64,000 bases of DNA from NCBI GenBank assembly GCA_964502355.1, contig CAZCWK010000005.1:19332-83331 (forward strand). The letters are read 5' to 3'. The notes beneath the pieces were generated by a model. It had not been told where the DNA came from, ran no database searches, and worked only from the letters and a program-made list of their open reading frames with translations. The position numbers and the translations under genes are program-made. Below, piece after piece: positions 27,355-36,593 of this stretch (the stretch's first letter is position 1; each line of letters starts with the position of its first letter). The DNA comes from an uncultured Bacteroidales bacterium (GTDB taxonomy: Bacteria; Bacteroidota; Bacteroidia; Bacteroidales; UBA1402).

Positions 27355-30300
27355 TTATTTCACGATTATTTTAGTCATTTGGTTTCCCTGGTCGGAACTT
27401 ATTCTGACTAACCATAAACCCTGACCCATTTCAAATTGAGTATTTTCTGATACTTTCAGTGTCTTTACTAAAGATCCATTCATGTTGTAAACACTAATAA
27501 CAGAATTATCATTAATACCGTATAACGAAACAAGCTTGCCATCAACGGCAATTATTGTTTTCACTTTATCAGCACCATTAAGATCTGAGATTGTATTAGG
27601 AGATGTAAGACCACCTTTTTCAATCAAATCCTTGATCGGATCCCAGCTGTCAGCTCCCTTAGTGAAATTGAAACAGTTAATATCTGTTCCATCAGTTAGT
27701 TTTGGAGTTGTCAAAACATGTGACCATGTAGCACGGGCCGAAAGATTATTCTCACCTGATAATTCTGTTGTTCCATATTCAAAACATTTATCAGAAGCTC
27801 CTCCAAGTGTGTTTAACCATGCTAAAGGACTGATCATTGATTTATTTTCAAATCCTGTGCTGTTGGTTTTTTCAATAGTTGTATTGTAATAAACAACTTC
27901 ACTTGTAACTCCCTGCCATGGTCTGCCTAAATATCCGGGTTTTGCTTTCTGTGCAGAGGCAGTTTCAATATCTGGTACAGCTGATGTTACTTTACATTCA
28001 TACATCAAATATCCGCGAGCAGATGTCTGTTGAGCAGCAGTTATGTAAGCTACATCATCTTTATGATCGCTGATGTTCATTGACAAATCGCTCTTATAGG
28101 CTACAAGAGTCATGCCTCCGAAAATATAATCACAAGCACCCATCAATACACCTTTATAAGCGACTACTCTTGCACCTTCTGCTCCGTAGAATGAATCCTG
28201 ACGACCAACAACCCTGCAATTGTCAAGAACAGCTTTATCTCCGCTCTTTGTAAACGCTATCGCTGCAGCTCTTTCAACAAAACTTCTACCTTGAACGGCT
28301 GTGTTACCTACATCTTTTGGTCTTGTGCCTTTACCACCTGTAGCCCATTCGACTACAACATCTTCAGATTCTTTTTTAGAAATATACTGGTTGTATGAAT
28401 TTTCGAAAATTACATTCTTCGCTTCGAAACCTGAAGCTGAAACCATTACAGTAGTATTCCAGTATGAGTTGTTTGTAGTACCGCTACCTGTGTTTGAATA
28501 TGTTGTATATCCGTTTTCTTTATTAACACGAAGAGCGTCTGCACTCCATTTCTGGTCAGTGCCCATACTGTAATAATTGTACCCGTGACCATAGTATGAA
28601 GTTATTCTTACGGCATTTGCATTGATATCAACACCTTTGTTAGCTAATGCTATACTTGGACTTGTTGAAGCGTTGACAAGAGAAACGTTCTTAATATCAA
28701 TTGTCAGCATTTCTTCATAGTTGCCCGGATCAATCATGATTTTAACACGTTCATCATTAGGTCTGGCCATAGAACGTACAGCGTTAAGCGCATCATTTAT
28801 CGTCTGATATGTTTTATTCTTCCCAACTGTTATCGTTGAGGAATAAGGTATAGTTTTATTTATGACCATATCAGTGAAGTATGTTGTACCACTACCATTA
28901 GTAATAGTTACATATCCTGCAGCATTACCCGTATATGCGTATGATGTGGTTTCAAACGTACTGGTACTACCTGATGAAGATGTTATAGCGGTACCGTTTT
29001 CAATCGTAAAGTCGGCCGAATAATAATATGTTATAGTGAGTTTTTCGCCGGCATTCATCGGAACCTTTATTGTTGCTCCACTTTTTGCAACCAAATGACT
29101 TTTAGCCTTTTCGTTGTAAATATTTCCGGTTAATAACAATCCCTTATATGAAGTTGTAGTGCCGTTTGTTATAGTAGCATCATCAAATGGCCAGTATGTA
29201 CATGCTTTAAAATCTATGTTTTTTGAAACCGCAGCACCGTTAACTTTTAGATTTGAAGTTGCTCCGAGAGCCAGAGGATAATCATTAAGCCCTGCACATG
29301 AAATACTGTAAACTCCGTTTCTTAATTTGATTCCGCTAACTCCGGTGAAAGTATAAGAATAACCGGTTTCATTAAGGTTGGTGAATGTTGTTACAAGTTT
29401 TGATTTTTGCTCAGCATTTAATCCAGCAGAGTTTAATGTAATATCATATTTCGGTTTCTCGGCAAATTGAAAATCTACAGTTTTAGTTTGAGTAATATTT
29501 ATACTGTCGTTTTTCAGATAATAATCATTAACTCCGGCTGCAGATATTGCATAAACCACACTTGGCTCAATTTGTACTGAATATGTGCCCTTAACGGCGT
29601 CTATCACAGGCTGTGGTACAAAAATTCTGGTTGAGACTACAGGTTTGAAAGTCAATCCTAGTTTAGAAATATTATTTCCGAGACCGGTAATTGAACCTGA
29701 TAAGGTAACCAGCTGTACTTTTTGTACTTTAACTGAAACCGAAGTGTCAGTAGATATGCTGATATCAGTTGAACTTGATATTATAAATCCGTTTGCATTT
29801 GAGAGGCTGAGTTTGTATAAGTTGTTTGCAGGTACAACAAGTCTTTGAGCTCCGTTTGTTAGTGTTGAACTCCATGATTTCCCTGCTTCATTTGTAAATA
29901 CAACTTTGTAGTTATCAGGTATGCCTGATGCAGCTGCAAGATCCATTGCACAACTTACTGTGACATATTTTGCATCTTTTCTGGTAACTCTGAAATATGA
30001 AGGTTTGTCTGCAGAGTCAAAAATATGATAAGAACCTGCATATTTTGCAACAAACTTAGTTACTACACCTGTTGAATTAAGGTTAGCAATATCTGTCTGG
30101 TCAGCAGGAGAGGGGACATACTGGAAGTTGAGTTTCCCGCTTCCGTTTTGAGATTTGGCATAAATGACAACTTCGTCGTCTTCGCTGAGAGTTAATCCAA
30201 TATATCTGTTTGTTGCAGCACTTCCATTGACATATAGTGAACCGTTTAATGTGTCAGTACCAATTATACCGGTACCGTTAGCATCATAACGGGTAAGATT

Positions 30301-32241
30301 AGTGTTAGAAGTTCTTAATCTGTCGTTTGATCCGCCAACCCAGTTAAGAACACCGGCTGTAAAAGTCTTTGGCAATACATTACCGGATGAAGCGACAGTT
30401 ATTGATGCATCATACCATGCATTTATTGAAGAAACCGTAAGCTGATTATTGTATAATGTTGTATCCAGTGTTGCGGCTCCGAAATCCCAGACATCAGTTT
30501 TGCTGGTTTTAATAACTTTAGCCGCATTTTCTACTGATACACTGTGAATATATACTTCTGCTGTTGGATATTCGACACTTTTAAGTGTGGCAGTGATAAT
30601 GCCTGCTCCGCCGAAAAATGAAAAACTTCCTGTTCCGCATGCACCTGTTCCAATATTTTGAGCAGTACAAGTTCCAAGCAATTTTCCTTCTGCATTAGTA
30701 AACTCAAAAACAGCATCTTTGGCACTTCCATACTGACAGGTACCGAATGTAATTGTGGAATTACCGGCTACATTAATATTGAATGAGTTTCCGGGGAAGC
30801 AAACTAACCCGTGTGCTGTATCATGAAATCCAAATTGCTTTGAGGTAGTCTCGGTGTTGCTGTTTATCGTTATAAGTCCATCAGGGGTTATGTATGTGGC
30901 ATATCTAAGGGCGCTATATGATGTTTGTGGCAAAATACTTCCGTTTGCAAAATCATATGAATAGGATTTACCGGGTTCGGCACTATAAACTTTACTGTCA
31001 TCAGCAATCAGGAATTTGTAATTGTATGGTTTGGAATTTTTATCATTATATCTGATAAACATAGTGTCATATAATACCCAACCGCATTCTACATCACCTG
31101 AAGTGACTATGGCTGTTGTTCCCAGTATTTTACCTTGCAGATTAAGCCTTACTGAAGCAATTTCAGGAGTTGCACTGATTACAGTGCCTTTTTCTACCGT
31201 TACTACAGGATTCGCTGTCGCGTTTTCTCCTGCAGTTAAGTTTATACCTACACCATTAAGCATGATTTTACCGGACTTTTTAACCCAGGGTGTCAGTTCA
31301 ATATCATAAGGGACTGGTAATATCTGTATGTTTGGAATATAATTTGTACCTGTAAAATTAAATGTAACCGTACCTGCTCCACCCGCGTAAATGAAGTCAA
31401 CAGTTGAGTTATCCTGATGATAGCATTTTGCTGTTTTTGATGATTGGGAAGCTTTGTCAAAAGACCCTGTTGTACTTGTTGCTGCAATTGTTCCGTTGGA
31501 GTACTGACATCCTCCAAATCTAATTGTTGAGTTGCCGGCAACTTTTAATGTAATTGAATTACCCGTTTTTAAAATTGATCCATGTGTAGCTCCGTTATAC
31601 CCGTAAGCGTTTGCATTACCAACTGCCAGACTGAATAATCCCAGGTTAATAGCTGTCTTACCTGTTGTGTTTGTTGGAATTATACTGCCGTCTGTCAAAT
31701 CAAAATTATATATCACATTATTTACAGGAGATTCAGTTACTGCACCATTTTTAGGTGCAATTACATTTATAGATGGTACATAAGTTTTGTTTTCTTTAAA
31801 TTCAATTTTAAGAGTGGTGGCAGCTCCGCTATAAACAAAATCAAGGGTTTCAGTACATGATTTTGTCTTTGAGTTTTTTGTGAGAGTATAGGATCCGTTT
31901 TTGTCAGATACTGTAATTTTTGAAGTGCTTGCAGAATACTGACATCCGCCAATTTTTAATGTTACACTGCCGGCAACATCGATTTCAATATAGTTCCCGA
32001 CTTTAAATTCCATGCCGTGTTGAGCATCATTCCAGCGATAAGCATTAGAAGGGCCAACAAAGAGGCGAAAGATACCATAGTCAAGATTTGACTTACCGTC
32101 AGTCGTAGTTGGTATTATACTACCGTCTGCGAGGTTGAAGCTGTAGTCTGTACCTGTTACAGGCACACTGACTTTATCTGCTCTTGTTGCAAAAATACAA
32201 GAGAAATAAAGAAATAATAAGAATAAGATTTTTTTTGGCAT
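27355..32241 (-). CDS. 1628-aa multidomain pectin methylesterase (CE8) with three N-terminal copies of an unrecognised ~140-aa module and a T9SS C-terminal sorting domain
   Basis: CE8 motifs lie at aa ~1135-1530 (YQTINDAL, VVGRQDSFYG, GACDYIFGG, GYLGRPWQ). The CTD is ...VISVYNMNGSLVKTLKVSEN...GLWLVRISSDQGNQMTKIIVK. Signal peptide MPKKILFLLFLYFSCIFATRA. Confidence 0.85.
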   Translation of the reverse strand: MPKKILFLLFLYFSCIFATRADKVSVPVTGTDYSFNLADGSIIPTTTDGKSNLDYGIFRLFVGPSNAYRWNDAQHGMEFKVGNYIEIDVAGSVTLKIGGCQYSASTSKITVSDKNGSYTLTKNSKTKSCTETLDFVYSGAATTLKIEFKENKTYVPSINVIAPKNGAVTESPVNNVIYNFDLTDGSIIPTNTTGKTAINLGLFSLAVGNANAYGYNGATHGSILKTGNSITLKVAGNSTIRFGGCQYSNGTIAATSTTGSFDKASQSSKTAKCYHQDNSTVDFIYAGGAGTVTFNFTGTNYIPNIQILPVPYDIELTPWVKKSGKIMLNGVGINLTAGENATANPVVTVEKGTVISATPEIASVRLNLQGKILGTTAIVTSGDVECGWVLYDTMFIRYNDKNSKPYNYKFLIADDSKVYSAEPGKSYSYDFANGSILPQTSYSALRYATYITPDGLITINSNTETTSKQFGFHDTAHGLVCFPGNSFNINVAGNSTITFGTCQYGSAKDAVFEFTNAEGKLLGTCTAQNIGTGACGTGSFSFFGGAGIITATLKSVEYPTAEVYIHSVSVENAAKVIKTSKTDVWDFGAATLDTTLYNNQLTVSSINAWYDASITVASSGNVLPKTFTAGVLNWVGGSNDRLRTSNTNLTRYDANGTGIIGTDTLNGSLYVNGSAATNRYIGLTLSEDDEVVIYAKSQNGSGKLNFQYVPSPADQTDIANLNSTGVVTKFVAKYAGSYHIFDSADKPSYFRVTRKDAKYVTVSCAMDLAAASGIPDNYKVVFTNEAGKSWSSTLTNGAQRLVVPANNLYKLSLSNANGFIISSSTDISISTDTSVSVKVQKVQLVTLSGSITGLGNNISKLGLTFKPVVSTRIFVPQPVIDAVKGTYSVQIEPSVVYAISAAGVNDYYLKNDSINITQTKTVDFQFAEKPKYDITLNSAGLNAEQKSKLVTTFTNLNETGYSYTFTGVSGIKLRNGVYSISCAGLNDYPLALGATSNLKVNGAAVSKNIDFKACTYWPFDDATITNGTTTSYKGLLLTGNIYNEKAKSHLVAKSGATIKVPMNAGEKLTITYYYSADFTIENGTAITSSSGSTSTFETTSYAYTGNAAGYVTITNGSGTTYFTDMVINKTIPYSSTITVGKNKTYQTINDALNAVRSMARPNDERVKIMIDPGNYEEMLTIDIKNVSLVNASTSPSIALANKGVDINANAVRITSYYGHGYNYYSMGTDQKWSADALRVNKENGYTTYSNTGSGTTNNSYWNTTVMVSASGFEAKNVIFENSYNQYISKKESEDVVVEWATGGKGTRPKDVGNTAVQGRSFVERAAAIAFTKSGDKAVLDNCRVVGRQDSFYGAEGARVVAYKGVLMGACDYIFGGMTLVAYKSDLSMNISDHKDDVAYITAAQQTSARGYLMYECKVTSAVPDIETASAQKAKPGYLGRPWQGVTSEVVYYNTTIEKTNSTGFENKSMISPLAWLNTLGGASDKCFEYGTTELSGENNLSARATWSHVLTTPKLTDGTDINCFNFTKGADSWDPIKDLIEKGGLTSPNTISDLNGADKVKTIIAVDGKLVSLYGINDNSVISVYNMNGSLVKTLKVSENTQFEMGQGLWLVRISSDQGNQMTKIIVK

Positions 32242-32278
32242 TGGTATTAATGTTTAAGGTTTTAAAATGTTTTAGCAA

Positions 32279-32286
32279 CAAATATA
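32279..32286 (-). promoter_or_regulatory. Bacteroidota -7 promoter box (TAnnTTTG on minus strand)
   Basis: The minus strand reads TATATTTG, 38 nt upstream of the CE8 ATG at 32241. Confidence 0.4.
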
Positions 32287-32463
32287 TCTGTGAAGTAATA
32301 GTTGCTTGTGTAAAAAATGATAGATTTTGTAAAAAAAATGACGTTTTATAATGATTTAGTAAAGCTTTAATTTTGTAGTGTATATTAACCGTTGGTTGCG
32401 GCAGTGATCTTTAAGACTGACAATAAAATGCTGTGTTTTCTTTTAAAAATCAATTAAAACCTT

Positions 32464-32471
32464 TATATTTG
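32464..32471 (+). promoter_or_regulatory. Bacteroidota -7 promoter box for the thr leader/operon
   Basis: TATATTTG lies 30 nt upstream of the leader ATG at 32501. Confidence 0.5.
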
Positions 32472-32500
32472 CAGTAATTTATTTGTATCACAATTACACT

Positions 32501-32551
32501 ATGCTGTATTTCAATTACATGCGAACTACCACGACCCCTTGGGGGGTATAA
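32501..32551 (+). promoter_or_regulatory. candidate thr operon leader peptide (MLYFNYMRTTTTPWGV)
   Basis: A 16-codon ORF with four consecutive Thr codons (ACT ACC ACG ACC, 32525-32536), 200 nt upstream of thrA. The Thr/Pro codons overlap a C-run that can pair with either of two downstream G-runs. Confidence 0.55.
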
Positions 32552-32751
32552 TTTTCACCTTTTCACGCAGGGGTTATCGGAGTGTATCCTTTGCTTATTC
32601 TTTTCAAAGTTGATTTTTCACTAATAATTTTATAGATTTTGACAGAAATTGTGCGATGCACTAGGGATGTTGTATGTCCGACGTTTTTGTCAGAGTTAAT
32701 TAATAACAAAACCTGATTTGATTTATTAATCAGGCCTAAAAATAATAACAC

Positions 32752-35187
32752 ATGAAAGTAATGAAATTCGGCGGAACATCCGTAGGTTCCGTGAACAGCA
32801 TTCTGACAATCAAACAAATCGTAAGTTCTGTTGAGGAACCTGTAGTTGTAGTTGTCTCAGCTGTAGGTGGTGTAACAGATTTGTTGATTAAAACATCAAA
32901 ATTAGCATCGGAAGGTAATAGTGAGTATATCAAAAGTTTCCAGCAAATCAGGGAAATTCATGAGAAACTGTTGAATGGTTTATTCTCTGACACAGAGCTT
33001 GAGGCCGTCCAGTTCTCCGTTGATCAATTACTGGATGAACTGGGGAATATACTTAAGGGGATTTATCTCTTACAGGATTGTTCGACAAAGACACATGATG
33101 CCGTATTAAGCTATGGTGAGAGGATTTCTTCATTTTTTATTTCAAAAGTGCTGAATGCCGGGCATCTTGATTCAAGGGAATTTATAAAGACCGACGAGCA
33201 ATTCGGAAAGCATATAGTTAATTTTAAAGTAACCGCTGAAAAAATCAAAGAAAAATTCGCGGATGCCCCTAAGGTTACTGTAGTTGGTGGTTTCATCTCA
33301 AGCAGTGCTAAAACGGGTGAAACTACAAATTTAGGACGTGGTGGCTCTGACTATTCTGCTGCTATTATTTCAGCAGATCTCAATGCCTCGATTCTCGAAA
33401 TATGGACTGATGTTGATGGTTTCATGACTGCCGACCCCAAGGTCATAGATAACGCATATGTAATAAATAATCTTACATATGTTGAGGCAATGGAATTGTG
33501 CAATTTTGGCGCAAAAGTCATTTATCCTCCCACGATTTTCCCGGTTTTTCATAAGAATATTCCTATAAAAATTAAAAATACTTTTAATCCTGATTATCCC
33601 GGAACTTTAATTACTAAAGAGAAATCACCTAATGGTGAGAACAAGTCCATTAAGGGAATATCTTCTATTAATGATACAAGCCTGATTACCATCGAAGGTT
33701 TGGGTATGGTTGGCGTTATTGGTGTTAATTACAGGATATTCAAAGCTTTGGCAAAAGCCGGAATTTCTGTGTTTATGGTTTCTCAGGCATCTTCTGAAAA
33801 TACAACTTCGATTGGTGTCAGATCTGCTGATGCTGACGATGCTGTAGAGGTTTTACTTGAAGAATTCAGCAAAGAAATAGAGATGGGTGAAATCAATCAT
33901 ATTTTTGCTGAAAACGATCTTGCAACAGTGGCAATCGTTGGAGAAAATATGAAAAGAACCCCGGGTATCGCAGGTAAACTTTTTGGAACATTAGGACGAA
34001 ATGGTATTAATGTGATTGCTTGTGCTCAGGGTGCTTCTGAAACAAATATATCTTTTGTTACCAATAACTCTTCACTGCGTAAAGCATTGAATGTTATTCA
34101 TGATTCTTTCTTCCTTTCAGATTATCAGGTTCTCAATATTTTCCTAACCGGGATTGGCACTGTAGGTGGAAGTTTACTTGATCAGATAAAGCAGCAACAG
34201 CCGCTTTTGATGAAACAAAATGCATTAAAACTCAATGTTGTTGGTATAGCTGATATTGATAAAGCCATTTTCAACAGAGAAGGGATTGATCTTGAAAATT
34301 ATAAAGAAAAACTTTATAGTGAAGGTATTAATACATCTCCTGAATTATTGAGAGATGAAATACTGAAAATGAATATTTTCAATTCGGTATTTGTCGATTG
34401 TACAGCAAGCGGCAAGATTGCTGATCTTTATAAAGAACTATTGGAAAACAACGTATCTGTTGTTGCCGCAAATAAGATTGCGGCTTCTTCTGATTATAAC
34501 AATTATCAGTCATTAAAAAATATTGCCAGAAAGAAAGGTATTAAGTTCTTGTTTGAAACTAATGTAGGTGCCGGACTCCCGATTATAAATACAATGAATA
34601 ATCTGATTAACTCCGGTGACAGGATTTTAAAACTGGAAGCGGTACTTTCAGGTACACTGAATTTTATATTTAATACTATAAGTTCTGAAATACCTTTAAG
34701 CAAAGCTATTAAAATGGCGCAGGAAGCCAGATATTCAGAACCTGATCCGAGAATTGACCTTAGTGGTAAGGATGTAATCAGAAAGCTTGTCATATTGGCA
34801 AGGGAAGCAGGTTACAAGGTTGAACAGGATGATGTTGTCAAGAATCTTTTCGTACCGGATAAATATTTCCAGGGTACTCTTGAAGATTTCTGGTCAACGA
34901 TTTCTGAAATGGACAATGATTTTGAAAATAAGAGAAAGATTCTTGAAGATCAGTCTAAACGCTGGAGATTTGTTGCAACCATGGATAATGGTGCATGTTC
35001 AGTTGGTTTGAAAGAGGTTTCATCATCACATCCTTTTTATGATTTGGAGGGAAGCAATAATCTTATCATGATTACTACCGAACGATATTTACAATATCCG
35101 ATGATGATAAAAGGATATGGTGCAGGTGCAAGTGTAACTGCTGCCGGTGTATTTGCCGATATTATAAGTATTGCCAATATTCGCTAA
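32752..35187 (+). CDS. thrA: bifunctional aspartokinase / homoserine dehydrogenase
   Basis: N-terminal aspartokinase (MKVMKFGGTSVGS...), ACT region, and C-terminal homoserine dehydrogenase (NIFLTGIGTVGGSLL...GAGLPII...). Length 811 aa. Confidence 0.9.
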   Translation: MKVMKFGGTSVGSVNSILTIKQIVSSVEEPVVVVVSAVGGVTDLLIKTSKLASEGNSEYIKSFQQIREIHEKLLNGLFSDTELEAVQFSVDQLLDELGNILKGIYLLQDCSTKTHDAVLSYGERISSFFISKVLNAGHLDSREFIKTDEQFGKHIVNFKVTAEKIKEKFADAPKVTVVGGFISSSAKTGETTNLGRGGSDYSAAIISADLNASILEIWTDVDGFMTADPKVIDNAYVINNLTYVEAMELCNFGAKVIYPPTIFPVFHKNIPIKIKNTFNPDYPGTLITKEKSPNGENKSIKGISSINDTSLITIEGLGMVGVIGVNYRIFKALAKAGISVFMVSQASSENTTSIGVRSADADDAVEVLLEEFSKEIEMGEINHIFAENDLATVAIVGENMKRTPGIAGKLFGTLGRNGINVIACAQGASETNISFVTNNSSLRKALNVIHDSFFLSDYQVLNIFLTGIGTVGGSLLDQIKQQQPLLMKQNALKLNVVGIADIDKAIFNREGIDLENYKEKLYSEGINTSPELLRDEILKMNIFNSVFVDCTASGKIADLYKELLENNVSVVAANKIAASSDYNNYQSLKNIARKKGIKFLFETNVGAGLPIINTMNNLINSGDRILKLEAVLSGTLNFIFNTISSEIPLSKAIKMAQEARYSEPDPRIDLSGKDVIRKLVILAREAGYKVEQDDVVKNLFVPDKYFQGTLEDFWSTISEMDNDFENKRKILEDQSKRWRFVATMDNGACSVGLKEVSSSHPFYDLEGSNNLIMITTERYLQYPMMIKGYGAGASVTAAGVFADIISIANIR

Positions 35188-35297
35188 ATTGATCAGTATG
35201 ATTTTCCGTACACATTAACAGTTGCTTGTGGTCAGAAGATTTTATCCTGACCACAAAGCTGTATTGAAGAAAGGATTCATACTAAAAAATTAAAGAC

Positions 35298-36539
35298 ATG
35301 AAGTATATTATAATACTTGGCGATGGAATGGCAGATGAGCCAATAATTTCATTAGGAGGCAGAACTCCTCTGCAGGTTGCATTAACACCCTATATGGATA
35401 AGCTGGCTAAAATGGGACGTAGTGGTATGTTATCAACTGTTCCTGATGGTTTTGCTCCCGGCAGTGAAATCGCAAACATGAGTCTGCTGGGATATGATGT
35501 AAAAACTGATTATGAAGGTCGTGGTTCTCTGGAGGCAGCAAGCATAGGAGTCGATATTTTGCCCGGAGAAATGGCGATGAGATGCAATTTAATATGCATT
35601 GAAAATGAAAAAATCAAGAACCATTCAGCGGGTCATATTTCAAATGAAGAAGCATCTGAATTAATCGCAGCTTTACAGGAAAAGCTTGGCTCTGAAAAGG
35701 TGAGGTTTCACGAAGGTATATCTTACAGGCATCTTCTGGTAATTAAGGGAGGTAATAAGCATATTTCCTGCACACCACCACATGATGTGCCTGGAACGCC
35801 GTTTATGGATGTACTGATAAAATCAGATTCTTTAATTGAGTTTTCAAAAACAGAGCTGAGTCCTGTAGAAACTGCTCAGTTCCTGAATAAACTTATCCTG
35901 GATTCACAGAAAATTCTTTCTGATCATCCTGTAAATATTAAAAGGGTAGCTGAAGGTAAAGACCCTGCCAATAGTATCTGGCCATGGTCGCCTGGTTATA
36001 AACCTGTTATGAAGACTTTGATGCAAAGGTTTCCTCAGATTAAAAACGGAAGCGTCATCTCTGCTGTTGATCTTATAAAGGGCATCGGAAAGTATGCAGG
36101 TTTAAAGTCCATTAATGTTGAAGGGGCTACAGGACTTTATGATACTAATTATGAAGGTAAAGCACAAGCAGCTATAGATGAGCTTAAAAATAATGATTTT
36201 GTTTTTTTGCATGTTGAAGCATCTGATGAAGCCGGTCATGAAGGAAATGTTGATTTGAAAATCAGGACAATTGAGTATCTTGACAGCAGGATTATTGGTC
36301 CGCTATTTGAAGCTGTTAAAGACTGGGAAGAGCCTGTGGCATTTGCTGTCCTGCCTGACCATCCGACTTATTGCAGAACTAAAACTCATGTTTCGGAGCC
36401 GGTTCCTTTTCTGATTTATAAGCCGGGTACTGAGCCTGATTCCGTTGATAGTTTTGATGAGTCTGAGGCGGCCAAAGGAATGTACGGATTAATGAAAGAA
36501 GATGATTTCATCGTTGAATTTTTAAATAGTGTTAATTGA
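35298..36539 (+). CDS. cofactor-independent phosphoglycerate mutase (apgM)-family protein; likely the homoserine kinase substitute of the thr operon
   Basis: MKYIIILGDGMADEP...SEIANMSLLGYD... and ...FLHVEASDEAGHEG... (alkaline-phosphatase-superfamily metal sites). It sits between thrA and thrC. Confidence 0.7.
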   Translation: MKYIIILGDGMADEPIISLGGRTPLQVALTPYMDKLAKMGRSGMLSTVPDGFAPGSEIANMSLLGYDVKTDYEGRGSLEAASIGVDILPGEMAMRCNLICIENEKIKNHSAGHISNEEASELIAALQEKLGSEKVRFHEGISYRHLLVIKGGNKHISCTPPHDVPGTPFMDVLIKSDSLIEFSKTELSPVETAQFLNKLILDSQKILSDHPVNIKRVAEGKDPANSIWPWSPGYKPVMKTLMQRFPQIKNGSVISAVDLIKGIGKYAGLKSINVEGATGLYDTNYEGKAQAAIDELKNNDFVFLHVEASDEAGHEGNVDLKIRTIEYLDSRIIGPLFEAVKDWEEPVAFAVLPDHPTYCRTKTHVSEPVPFLIYKPGTEPDSVDSFDESEAAKGMYGLMKEDDFIVEFLNSVN

Positions 36540-36593
36540 ATGGTTCATAAGGTGCGAATCATTTAAACATAAACTTTATAATTATACTTTAAA

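Noticed and set aside
27536-31309. Several 60-120-aa plus-strand ORFs inside the CE8 gene (27536-27889, 28301-28573, 29585-29848, 31022-31309) and minus-strand alternative-frame ORFs (30531-30731, 31293-31541, 31767-31952)
   Set aside because: All are fully nested in a 1628-aa ORF with strong domain evidence. These are typical antisense or off-frame shadows. The same reasoning applies to the many short nested ORFs elsewhere, for example 544-753, 1587-1814, 16288-16772, 24593-25070, 44112-45057 and 48525-49460.
32712-32734. Hairpin CCTGATT/AATCAGG, considered as the thr attenuator terminator
   Set aside because: On the plus strand it is followed by CCTAAAAATAA, with no U-tract. The T-rich flank is on the wrong strand. 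It is kept only as a possible translation-occluding structure.
32563-32933. Minus-strand ORFs 32563-32817 and 32736-32933 in or over the thr leader and thrA start
   Set aside because: They overlap the thrA 5' end and leader region antisense. There is no supporting signal, and the region is better explained as a regulatory leader.
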